IMG/VR virus record: IMGVR_UViG_3300047160_014297
Coordinates: 1-60,892 of that record
Source: a virus
Length of the DNA stretch: 60,892 nucleotides
Direction: 5' to 3' (one strand)
Positions 26,643-34,700 of the stretch are shown here, piece by piece. A program made the position numbers and the translations under genes. Under the pieces are notes generated by a model. It saw nothing but the letters and a program-made list of their open reading frames with translations, made no database searches and was not told where the DNA came from. Numbering within the stretch: position 1 is the stretch's first letter; the number at the start of each line of letters is the position of its first letter.

Positions 26643-27779
26643 TTACGAGTTCCAACCGTAACCTTGGACACAGGACCAGGGGGCGGTAATTTCAAGGTTT
26701 ACCGCAGCCTTCAATTGGGACGCCACTCGGGTGTTATCCGGAGTGCGGATGAAGTCGGTCGGGTTGAAACCGAATTCACGCGAATTTGAGACTCGGAAAC
26801 GAATACGCGACGTGTTGAACATGGCCAGGACTTCACCGGGCGTCAGGGTTGAAGCGGACGATGAGTTCGGGAAGTTGTTGGCCGGGGTTCCTGAGAGTGT
26901 GTTGGTGAACGCGGCGGTCAGGTTCGAGCCGAGTCCGAAGTTCAATGAGTCGGAGTACGGTGCGCCGAGAGCTGACGGGAAGTAATCGTCAATCATGACG
27001 ATCGCGTTCTTGAACCGGAAACCGGTTGCACCGTAATACGGGTCACGTACCGAGGGTGCGTCCTGACCGAACCGTTGCATCGGCTGGATGCGGTTTTCGA
27101 CGAACGAGACGATGGGTTTGTTGCCGACGATCAAGTCGACTTCGTCGCGGCCACGTTTCGCGAGGTTGTACATCGCGTTGAGTTGAGGGTAGGAGATGGC
27201 GCCGTTGGTGCCGTCCGACTTGCCGCCCCAGTAGACGTTACCGTTCAGACCCTTTTTGACGGCGCCGTTACGGGTCGCGGTGCCGTAGGTCGTGTAGATG
27301 TTGCCGTCGTAGGAGGGTAGCAATCCGTCATTGATGCCTTCGACCCAGCCGTTGATGTTGATACCGGCGCGGGTTGTTAATTGACCGTTGAGTTGGAGGT
27401 CCAACGCCATTAACGCAGAGATGGTCTGGTAGGCGTTGGCGACGTCGGTTTCGATCAAAGAGAATACCGACAAGTCGCCTGTGTTGAGAACGTCGATATC
27501 TTCCAGGTACTCGATGATCATCACGCAGTAGTAGCGTGGATCGAAGACCGTACCGCTGAGGGTTTGGGGTTTAGTGAGGTTAAACCCGCCGATACCTTTC
27601 GGGTACGCGCCGCCGTTTAATGGCGCGTAGAGTTGGAGGTTGCGAATGAACGCGCCTCCGGTGAAGGGGACAAGGCATTTAGCTCGAAGATGTGCCTGCA
27701 ATACGCTTCCAAGGAAAAAAACATCTTCGATCGCCGAGTCGTTAACCTCCGGCAAAGTCGTAAGATTTATCTCGTCCAA
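26643..27779 (-). CDS. Major capsid protein (by position and size)
   Basis: 378-aa ORF immediately after the scaffold gene (with a homing endonuclease gene in between). The track gives a TTG start at 27779. The AGGAGG is 23 nt upstream, so the exact start is uncertain. Confidence 0.65.
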   Translation of the reverse strand: MDEINLTTLPEVNDSAIEDVFFLGSVLQAHLRAKCLVPFTGGAFIRNLQLYAPLNGGAYPKGIGGFNLTKPQTLSGTVFDPRYYCVMIIEYLEDIDVLNTGDLSVFSLIETDVANAYQTISALMALDLQLNGQLTTRAGININGWVEGINDGLLPSYDGNIYTTYGTATRNGAVKKGLNGNVYWGGKSDGTNGAISYPQLNAMYNLAKRGRDEVDLIVGNKPIVSFVENRIQPMQRFGQDAPSVRDPYYGATGFRFKNAIVMIDDYFPSALGAPYSDSLNFGLGSNLTAAFTNTLSGTPANNFPNSSSASTLTPGEVLAMFNTSRIRFRVSNSREFGFNPTDFIRTPDNTRVASQLKAAVNLEITAPWSCVQGYGWNS

Positions 27780-27811
27780 AATGGGATCGGCGATATAGCT
27801 ATCCTCCTAAC

Positions 27812-28339
27812 CTAACCCGCTTGATTGCTCAGACGGGAGTCCGGAAATTCATCCGGGGATTTGTAAAGCGGAGACTTACGTTTAAGAAGGTGAAGCTTCT
27901 CGCGCAAATCCTCGCGATGTTGACGTGTTTCGTGAGAGACCCTCTTGCCGGGTCCGCCGAGTGTTCGCTGAAATGCTAGTGCGATATCTGCCTCTTCACG
28001 TTCGATGAGGAAGAACTGGTAGCAGCCCTTGAGAATCCACTCTGCGTGTTTGCAGGAGCAGTGCCATCGAAGGACTGGCCGATGATTCGGGTTCTCCTTG
28101 CGATGTTCAGCCGTAAGGACACCTCCGAATATGTCTTGGCACCACTGCGGAAGACGGAAATCTGTATTAACCAGGACGACACGCAGCCACATATTGAACT
28201 GCTTACCCGGACCAGATTTCTCCGAAAAACGATTCAATAGGATAGCGCCTTCGCCATCGATATAGGCGGCAAGACGAGCCCATTCCAACATTGTTGGTTC
28301 ATGCTCAGGTCTCGGCTTGGATGTTGCGTAGCGTCCCAT
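27812..28339 (-). CDS. Free-standing LAGLIDADG homing endonuclease (single-motif type)
   Basis: The motif LAAYIDGEGAILL is present. The gene is inserted between the scaffold and capsid genes. It looks AT-richer than its neighbours by eye. Confidence 0.75.
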   Translation of the reverse strand: MGRYATSKPRPEHEPTMLEWARLAAYIDGEGAILLNRFSEKSGPGKQFNMWLRVVLVNTDFRLPQWCQDIFGGVLTAEHRKENPNHRPVLRWHCSCKHAEWILKGCYQFFLIEREEADIALAFQRTLGGPGKRVSHETRQHREDLREKLHLLKRKSPLYKSPDEFPDSRLSNQAG

Positions 28340-28344
28340 AGGTC

Positions 28345-29388
28345 CTACTTCGAACCGACGGGTGCTTCTTTACCCATCGGGATGCCTTGGTTGCGTCGTT
28401 CAAGAAATCGGACAGCGGCACGTTCGGCGCCGGAGCGTTTGGTGCCATCGGGGTTGAAACGGTAGTCACCGGCCGGTGGTGTCGGTGGTGTCACTGGCGT
28501 CACTGGCGTCGATCGGGTTGGGTCCGTTGACGTGAACCGGTCGGCGGAATCGTGATGTTCGTCGTAACGGCGGTTCAATACCGGGGACTCCGCTTGGTAC
28601 GATGTGTCGGCGTTACGCGAGACACCCGACATGGCGTCTTTGGAGGCCTGGGCCTTACGTTCGTCTTCCCATTTGATGCGGTCCTGGCGGGACCACTCCT
28701 CGCGTTCGCGGGACTTTTCGATGTCGCCGATCTTGTACTTGTCGCGCCACGCGTTGATCAGGGTCGGGCCGTTCTCGCCGGACGAAGTTTTGATGATATC
28801 GTTTTGTTCGTCCAGGGACAAATGTTTGCCGGTCAGTTCGAAGTGACGGCGGGCGATATCGCCCATGACGGCGGCCACTTTGGGGAAAGACTGGAGTTCC
28901 GGTTTCAAATCGTTGATCAGGTCGGTGCGGAATTTGGTCAACAATTGGAGGACACGGTCTTCGGAGAGTCCAGCCGGTGGCTGATTGGCGTTGGCTGATG
29001 GTGTGACCGGATCGATCGGCGGAATATCCTGGTCAGACAGACCATACGTTAATTTAACCTTCTGGAGACGCGCCTCGGCGGTAGCTGCAGAAATGCGGGC
29101 CTTCTCGAAATCGTCCACGACTTGCCGTATGCGAGCGTCCGCGTCATTGAGTTGCTGTTGGTAGGCGGCAACCTTGTCGTTGGCCGTGCGCTCAAGGTTG
29201 GCCCTGTCCGTGGCCAACGCCTGAGTGCGCCGGGTGTAGTCATCATGGCGTTCACGTTGACTGATGAAACGGGTAGCCTGGGTTTCGTTGGCCGGGTTCG
29301 TCAGCGACTTGGTCAAGTAGGCTGCGTCTTCCGGCGAAAGTCCGAGTTCGTCGATCAAGGATGTTAAGCGGTTCGTGTCGATTGCCAT
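28345..29388 (-). CDS. Scaffolding protein
   Basis: 347 aa, highly charged and coiled-coil-like (ERTANDKVAAYQQQLNDADARIRQVVDDFEKARISAATAEARLQKVK). It lies between the portal and capsid genes. AAGGAGA is upstream. Confidence 0.7.
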   Translation of the reverse strand: MAIDTNRLTSLIDELGLSPEDAAYLTKSLTNPANETQATRFISQRERHDDYTRRTQALATDRANLERTANDKVAAYQQQLNDADARIRQVVDDFEKARISAATAEARLQKVKLTYGLSDQDIPPIDPVTPSANANQPPAGLSEDRVLQLLTKFRTDLINDLKPELQSFPKVAAVMGDIARRHFELTGKHLSLDEQNDIIKTSSGENGPTLINAWRDKYKIGDIEKSREREEWSRQDRIKWEDERKAQASKDAMSGVSRNADTSYQAESPVLNRRYDEHHDSADRFTSTDPTRSTPVTPVTPPTPPAGDYRFNPDGTKRSGAERAAVRFLERRNQGIPMGKEAPVGSK

Positions 29389-29426
29389 GATGAATATCTC
29401 CTTCAGTTCACAGTAAGGTTGTTCGG

Positions 29427-29439
29427 CGTAGAGTCTACG
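29427..29439. repeat. Palindrome copy CGTAGAGTCTACG (intergenic, 38 nt upstream of the scaffold ATG)
   Basis: Read directly. Confidence 0.95.
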
Positions 29440-29500
29440 CGCGAGCCTGTAGTGAGTTGTTGTAAGGGTTTAAAGGTTGAGGTTTCAGAGATCCGGTACA

Positions 29501-29794
29501 TTAGTAAGCTGTCCTTGGCCCAGATGGTTCCGGACCCCCGCCAGCATCGGCAGCGGCCTCGGCTGCAAGTTTTTGCAGGGACGCGCGAACGTCCCGGACA
29601 CACTTGGCGAGTTTGGGATTGTTCCCGGCAATAGCCATGACCTTCTCTTCAATCTCGCGGATCGCAGAGGTCATATTTTGTTGAGGGGCACCGCCCTGAC
29701 CGTAGGGACTACCTTGAGATTCGGGAGAAGGTTGATCCGATTCGGCCGGTCCCGCCATTCGGGACAAACCGAGTGACTGGGATTGATCCGGCAT
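29501..29794 (-). CDS. Hypothetical head-module protein
   Basis: 97-aa ORF. Its ATG overlaps the stop of the 41-aa basic ORF (TAATG). Confidence 0.6.
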   Translation of the reverse strand: MPDQSQSLGLSRMAGPAESDQPSPESQGSPYGQGGAPQQNMTSAIREIEEKVMAIAGNNPKLAKCVRDVRASLQKLAAEAAADAGGGPEPSGPRTAY

Positions 29795-29919
29795 TATCGT
29801 TTGTGCTTTCCGCCCCTGCCGCCTTTGATACGGTAGCCTGCCATTGGGGACATGATTTTCGTACCGCGGCCGGAACGTTTACCTCGGAGTCCACTGTTCA
29901 TTCTACGCTGTCGAGCCAT
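29794..29919 (-). CDS. Very basic 41-aa protein, below the ORF-track cutoff
   Basis: Translation is MARQRRMNSGLRGKRSGRGTKIMSPMAGYRIKGGRGGKHKR. It is translationally coupled (TAATG) to 29501..29794. There is no clear SD. Confidence 0.4.
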   Translation of the reverse strand: MARQRRMNSGLRGKRSGRGTKIMSPMAGYRIKGGRGGKHKR

Positions 29920-30130
29920 AGGTAGTGATTAGTGCTCAGTGAAGAGAATCGAGAGGGGGCTGACCGGAGGTTCGACTTCGATAAGCCCCGATCGTTGTTA
30001 CCGCTTTTTGCTGCGCTTACGGCCTCGGCGACGACCACGATCTGCAGTCTCGAAAGTTCCGATCATTGAGGTGTCCTTTCTCCGACATTTCTATCGGTAC
30101 TTGGATTGGGCTGCCGTTACCGTGGGCCGT

Positions 30131-30197
30131 AAACAGAAAAAGGGGGCCAAGGAAGAATCAGGTAGGCGGACTACCTAACTCTTACCTTGACCCCCTT
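30131..30197 (-). terminator. Rho-independent terminator downstream of 30297..30599
   Basis: Minus-strand RNA reads AAGGGGGUCAAGG...(inner GGUAG/CUACC hairpin)...CCUUGGCCCCCUU followed by UUUUUCUGUUU. Confidence 0.6.
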
Positions 30198-30296
30198 GGG
30201 TGCGAGCTGAACCAGGGAAAGATCAGCAAGCCTCTGGATTGGCGGAAGGCAACAGCAACTTACGAGGGCAAGTTTGGAACTAAAGAATAGGAAGTG

Positions 30297-30599
30297 TCAA
30301 GGGGTTTTAATTCTTTCTTTCCATTCCATCGTGCCGTTGGGAGAACCTTGACTGAAGTTGATCGTTAACGAGCCGGTCATTTTGGTGCCACGAATAACAG
30401 TAAGTAAAGTTTCGAGGGCAGACGAATCTTGAGTGAATATCCGGTAGGTCGGTGTCTGTACTAACGCGGTAAGGTCAACGTCGGCGTCGGCGAGACGTCG
30501 GTTTTCTCCTACGGCGTGCGCCAGACTGGTGATGTTTCTTGAGTACTCCGGAGGCTTGTGCGATGGCAGAGCTTTCACTGGCACCTCGTTCCAATGCAC
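30297..30599 (-). CDS. Hypothetical protein
   Basis: 100-aa ORF followed by a strong terminator hairpin. Its 5' end overlaps 30475..30687 by 125 nt, so the true start may lie further downstream. Confidence 0.5.
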   Translation of the reverse strand: MHWNEVPVKALPSHKPPEYSRNITSLAHAVGENRRLADADVDLTALVQTPTYRIFTQDSSALETLLTVIRGTKMTGSLTINFSQGSPNGTMEWKERIKTP

Positions 30600-30687
30600 T
30601 GTTTGCTATATGCGCCCATTGTCTACGCTGCTTCGCCGTTCGGGCTCTGTGGGTTTTTTTGTACGAAGACTTCTCCGTCCAAGGCAT
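30475..30687 (-). CDS. Small ChaB-like protein (N-terminal roughly 50 aa); the Arg-rich tail is doubtful
   Basis: TAKQRRQWAHIANSALERGASESSAIAQASGVLK resembles ChaB-type helices. The ORF overlaps both the homing endonuclease gene 3' end and the next ORF. Confidence 0.35.
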   Translation of the reverse strand: MPWTEKSSYKKTHRARTAKQRRQWAHIANSALERGASESSAIAQASGVLKKHHQSGARRRRKPTSRRRRR

Positions 30688-31177
30688 AGGATCTCCTACT
30701 CAGATCAGACAGTCGATCTCGGAGTTTATGTTGGTAGCTACGAACAACATCGGGCAATTCACGCAGTGGTACCCCCACCGGGTTAGTTCGGTCACGATGC
30801 TCGATCGTGATCCTGAATTCATGAAGTATTTCAGCGTGCGGACGTTTTACTGTCAAGTAGGGCATCAACATCTCAGCAACCTCGATTGCCTTTGTATTAG
30901 ATATAGTCCATACAAAGCCGGGGCGTTCTATTTCCTTTCTTACTTTTCTAGCCACTGGACGTACAGTACTACCAAACATTGATTGGATCTTGAGCAGAGG
31001 CTCAGGGATCGTGTTATAGGCATGTGCCCTGATAAGAAGGCGATTTCTCCTCGGGTCGCGTACTATGGCGAATGTTCCCTCCCCGTCCACAAAACCAGCG
31101 GCCCATGCTAAATCAAGTTGTCTTTGACGGCGACGTTTCGGGGAATTTGCCTTTCGGGTGAAGCGTTCGGCTGGCAT
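30623..31177 (-). CDS. Free-standing LAGLIDADG homing endonuclease (single-motif type)
   Basis: The motif LAWAAGFVDGEGTFAI is present. The gene overlaps both neighbouring ORFs by about 65 nt each. Confidence 0.8.
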   Translation of the reverse strand: MPAERFTRKANSPKRRRQRQLDLAWAAGFVDGEGTFAIVRDPRRNRLLIRAHAYNTIPEPLLKIQSMFGSTVRPVARKVRKEIERPGFVWTISNTKAIEVAEMLMPYLTVKRPHAEILHEFRITIEHRDRTNPVGVPLRELPDVVRSYQHKLRDRLSDLSRRSYALDGEVFVQKNPQSPNGEAA

Positions 31178-31385
31178 CTAAACTCCTTTTTTGGGAGACA
31201 CGCTGACGTTCAATGTGATCGAGACGGGCTCGGGCGGCAACCAAGACGTTACGGAGCGGAGTGAAGTCGTCGACGGTTTCGAGGGAGTAAAAGAGGGCGC
31301 CGATGTCCGTTAAGAGGTCGCCGATGTCCTGGTTGGATACCGAGCTGTCGACCGAATGTTTCGGTGACTTCTGATAGATGGGCAT
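31113..31385 (-). CDS. Hypothetical protein
   Basis: 90-aa ORF starting 5 nt after the portal stop. Its 3' end overlaps the homing endonuclease gene start. Confidence 0.5.
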   Translation of the reverse strand: MPIYQKSPKHSVDSSVSNQDIGDLLTDIGALFYSLETVDDFTPLRNVLVAARARLDHIERQRVSQKRSLDASRTLHPKGKFPETSPSKTT

Positions 31386-31389
31386 AGCG

Positions 31390-33465
31390 TCACTTCGAGG
31401 TGGTCACTGTAGACCTCGAACCTCCATCTTTAAGGGCTAATTTGGGACTGGAATTGTTGGAGTTGGGGCGGCCTTGACCACCCTTTTGTTGACCGGCACC
31501 CATGGCTTGGGCGAAACGGGCTTCGATTTCTTTCTGGGCCAGCCAGAGTTCAAATTCGGTTTCGTACTCGCGATTGAAGCGTGGGTCGGTGGGGTCCTGG
31601 ACACGGGGTTTGGGGCCGAAGTCCCGCAGTCCCCACATCCGGGCTTTGGTCCACCAGGAGACAGGGAGTCCGCCCTTTTCGGCCTGCATCAGGGCCAAGC
31701 GGCGGGTGATGGAATTCATTTCGTGCAGCGAGTACGGTTCGATCGAGTAGTGGAAATTGGACGAGTGCTGACGGGCCGCTTCGAAATACGAACCGTAGAA
31801 GTCCTGGTCGTCTTTCGGGACCATCGAGCCGGGGTTCCAGTCGATGTCGGCGTTGACCAGACCGTCGTCACCGAAGATCTGGAAGCGTTTGCGGGCCGAC
31901 CACCATTGGAAGCAGAGAGGAATCCACATGTCACCGAGGTCCGTACAGGAGTATTCCATGTTTCGGGACTGGTCCTTGACGATCGGGCCTAACGCGTCGA
32001 GGATACGTTCGGTGGTATCACCAGCGGGGATCTGGCGGGCACGCGCTAGTGCGGCAGCGTCGGCGACTCCCATTTGATGGGTGATTTTTTGTTGGTTGGA
32101 GTCGATCAATTCCATGGCGTTGTTGGGGACGTTATAGAACTCCACCGGCAACAGTGGGCGGAATTGTTCACCACCCAAAGTGTAGTCTAACCCGACACGT
32201 TGATTGGGGATTCGTAAGTTCATCGTTTCGGCCAGCGACCGGGCCATGGTGTTGCGGTCGTAACCCGTTGGTGGTGACAACCGGACGTTCATGGCGTCGA
32301 CGATGGCGCGGAGGATTTCGATGTTGGCTTTTTCGAGAAGCATCCCAGACTTGGGTAGTGGGAACCCGAGAAACAACCAGGGCCAGTCGTCCGCTCGAAA
32401 TTGGACGATCGGGACCTTGCCGTGCCAACCCTTATTCACTTGGCGCACCGGATCTGGAGTAAGTATCGCGTCGTCCGTGACGATCATCAGACGGCGGTAG
32501 GGGTAGAAGAGACAATCGTCGGGCTCGGCTTGACGGTAATGTTTCTTGCCGTGGGCGTCACGGCCGATCAGGATCATGTCGCCAACGGAGGGGACAAGGT
32601 AAGACCAGGAGGTGCCAGGGTCACCCATCAAGACGGATTTGCCGGAGTAATTGACGGTGCGGTCGTCGATGAAAATATAGTACAAGTCGACGTCGGCCCA
32701 CGCGACGGGCTCGTGTTCTTGCATGGAGCCGGGGCCAAAACGTTTCAAGACGGCCGAGGCGAACTTGACGGATTGGGCCATCACGGTACCATGAGATTTG
32801 AGTGCGTCACGGGTGGGATGGATGTAGTCGGCCATGTCCGGAAACATCCGGATGACTTTGTGGTAAGGCGTCGGGACTCGGAGGGTAATGGCGTACGCTT
32901 GCTGGATGTTGTGGTCGTGGGGCAGACCCAGCGGTAGAACATCGTTGGGGCCATGGGCGGACAGGCAGATTTCGCCACGGCGAATACCGTAGTAATCGGA
33001 ATCGTAGCCGATGGAGACGTAGCCGGTACCGCAGGACGTCGCGTATTGCCAGCCTTTACGAATGACCCGGTCGGCAAACGTCTTGCCGTACCAGTAGGTG
33101 TAACTGTTGTTGAGGACGGGGGTTTGTTCGCGAAAGTACTGGGACTCGGTTTTGATGGCGGGGACAATGTTGAGATTAGTCTGAGCAGCGTTCAGTTCGC
33201 GCAAGTTGCGGGTAACAAGGTCGGTCTTGGCGTTGGATAACGAAGCGTTGGTCGACTTGGCGAAGTCCCCGTTAATCAGGTCCAACCCGTCTTGAATGTA
33301 GGGAAAGGCCGGTTGCAATTTCAAGTATGCCTTGGCGGCTTGAATGGCCTCGCGGGACCACGCGAATTGAGAGTCGCCATCGATAGGGGCGCCGGTTTTG
33401 GGGTCAAACGGGCGAGGGGCAAGATAGTAGTTCTGGGTGTTGGAGCGTTGGCCGTCTGTACGCAT
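31390..33465 (-). CDS. Portal protein
   Basis: 691-aa ORF between the terminase and scaffold genes. The call rests on size and position. Confidence 0.75.
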   Translation of the reverse strand: MRTDGQRSNTQNYYLAPRPFDPKTGAPIDGDSQFAWSREAIQAAKAYLKLQPAFPYIQDGLDLINGDFAKSTNASLSNAKTDLVTRNLRELNAAQTNLNIVPAIKTESQYFREQTPVLNNSYTYWYGKTFADRVIRKGWQYATSCGTGYVSIGYDSDYYGIRRGEICLSAHGPNDVLPLGLPHDHNIQQAYAITLRVPTPYHKVIRMFPDMADYIHPTRDALKSHGTVMAQSVKFASAVLKRFGPGSMQEHEPVAWADVDLYYIFIDDRTVNYSGKSVLMGDPGTSWSYLVPSVGDMILIGRDAHGKKHYRQAEPDDCLFYPYRRLMIVTDDAILTPDPVRQVNKGWHGKVPIVQFRADDWPWLFLGFPLPKSGMLLEKANIEILRAIVDAMNVRLSPPTGYDRNTMARSLAETMNLRIPNQRVGLDYTLGGEQFRPLLPVEFYNVPNNAMELIDSNQQKITHQMGVADAAALARARQIPAGDTTERILDALGPIVKDQSRNMEYSCTDLGDMWIPLCFQWWSARKRFQIFGDDGLVNADIDWNPGSMVPKDDQDFYGSYFEAARQHSSNFHYSIEPYSLHEMNSITRRLALMQAEKGGLPVSWWTKARMWGLRDFGPKPRVQDPTDPRFNREYETEFELWLAQKEIEARFAQAMGAGQQKGGQGRPNSNNSSPKLALKDGGSRSTVTTSK

Positions 33466-33498
33466 AGCTATAGTTATAGTTAGAGACAGTACGCCCGG

Positions 33499-33729
33499 CT
33501 ACTTACGCAAAGCAACTATCAAGTTCACAATGACCAGCACGACCGCCATACCGCCGGTGGTGCGCCAGATCCATTTTTCGAGACTCGACACTTTACGTTT
33601 AAGAGAGTCCAGACACTCGTCCAGATGTTGTTGGTTGGTTTCCAATTTGGTCAGCCTTTCGATGTTTTCTTCGTGTTTCTGCTGAAGGAATTCTTTGAGT
33701 TCATCGAACTTATCGACAAGAGTCGCCAT
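33499..33729 (-). CDS. Small coiled-coil protein with a C-terminal transmembrane anchor
   Basis: A heptad-rich N-terminus is followed by WIWRTTGGMAVVLVIVNLIVALRK. Confidence 0.6.
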   Translation of the reverse strand: MATLVDKFDELKEFLQQKHEENIERLTKLETNQQHLDECLDSLKRKVSSLEKWIWRTTGGMAVVLVIVNLIVALRK

Positions 33730-33760
33730 TAAGTGTCGTCCTGATCCGTTCCTGGGTGAA

Positions 33761-34474
33761 TCAACGCTTCCTTTCGTTGATCTGTCGGATGCGCTCGGCC
33801 AGCGATTCGAGGTCCGGCATCTGTGGCCGTTTCGCTGTACCGGAAACTACCGATTGTTCGGACTCTCGGTGTTCGAGGATACGAGAATGAAAATTGGGTC
33901 CAGAGTTCTGACGTACAGATCGTAGAGAAGCGCGTTTGGCATCGGCACGTTTACAGGCGATATCGAACAACTGACGGGCACGGGGAGTAATCGGCGCCCA
34001 GCGGGTTCGGGTGATGCCTTTTTCGTCGGTCGACTGGACGTAGTGGCCACCCTTTTCAATCGCGGATTCCATCGCTTGCCGAGTTTGTTCACGGGTCTCC
34101 CTACTACGAGTGTCGAAATATTCGTTCTCGATAGACTGTTTTAATTGAGATTCTTCACGTAACGTAGACTCTACGCTGGAGCGGACCCTTTCGTATTGAC
34201 TGAAAGAAGTAATGGAGACTCGCTTGTATCCTTTGCCGGGGAGTTCATCATCCCGATCACCGGGAATGGAGTATTCGCCGGTCCTGGTATTGAGATGCAC
34301 CACGATTTCCGGGAATCCAGCACTAACACCTGTCCCGGTTCTAACCATGTAATCTCGGCCGGCTCGTCGGCCGCAAGTTCCGCATTTGCAGGTCTCAGGA
34401 AAAGGATACTGTTTAACATCACGGTACCTCGATGTGGTGTGGCCGGACGAACACCGGTAATCAAGAATTGGCAT
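33761..34474 (-). CDS. Zinc-ribbon (FmdB-like CxxxH...CxCGxCG) protein
   Basis: Start is taken at ATG 34474 (MPILDYRCSSGH...CKCGTCG), overlapping the KTSC gene stop by 14 nt. The gene contains a palindrome copy. Confidence 0.6.
   Translation of the reverse strand: MPILDYRCSSGHTTSRYRDVKQYPFPETCKCGTCGRRAGRDYMVRTGTGVSAGFPEIVVHLNTRTGEYSIPGDRDDELPGKGYKRVSITSFSQYERVRSSVESTLREESQLKQSIENEYFDTRSRETREQTRQAMESAIEKGGHYVQSTDEKGITRTRWAPITPRARQLFDIACKRADAKRASLRSVRQNSGPNFHSRILEHRESEQSVVSGTAKRPQMPDLESLAERIRQINERKR
34163..34175. repeat. Palindrome copy CGTAGACTCTACG (inside 33761..34474, read as VEST on the minus strand)
   Basis: Read directly. Confidence 0.95.
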
Positions 34475-34700
34475 CGGTAATCTCACGAAACGAGAATGCA
34501 GGTTTAATATACGCGTCGAAGTACTGTTTGGGCTGTACGGCAGAGTACAGAGTCGACCAGACACGAGAGGGGACGGGTTCACGGGAAACGTAGCGGCGGC
34601 CGTTGACGAACTCCAACGTTAGCGTGCCGGACAGTGGGTCGTAGCGGCCGGACTGGAGGTTGGAGGACTGGAATACCTTGAAGTTGGGATCGCTACTCAT
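34461..34700 (-). CDS. KTSC-domain protein
   Basis: L.SGRYDPLSGTLTLEFVNGRRYVSREPVPSRVWSTLYSAVQPKQYFDAYIK fits the KTSC pattern. Confidence 0.55.
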   Translation of the reverse strand: MSSDPNFKVFQSSNLQSGRYDPLSGTLTLEFVNGRRYVSREPVPSRVWSTLYSAVQPKQYFDAYIKPAFSFREITDANS

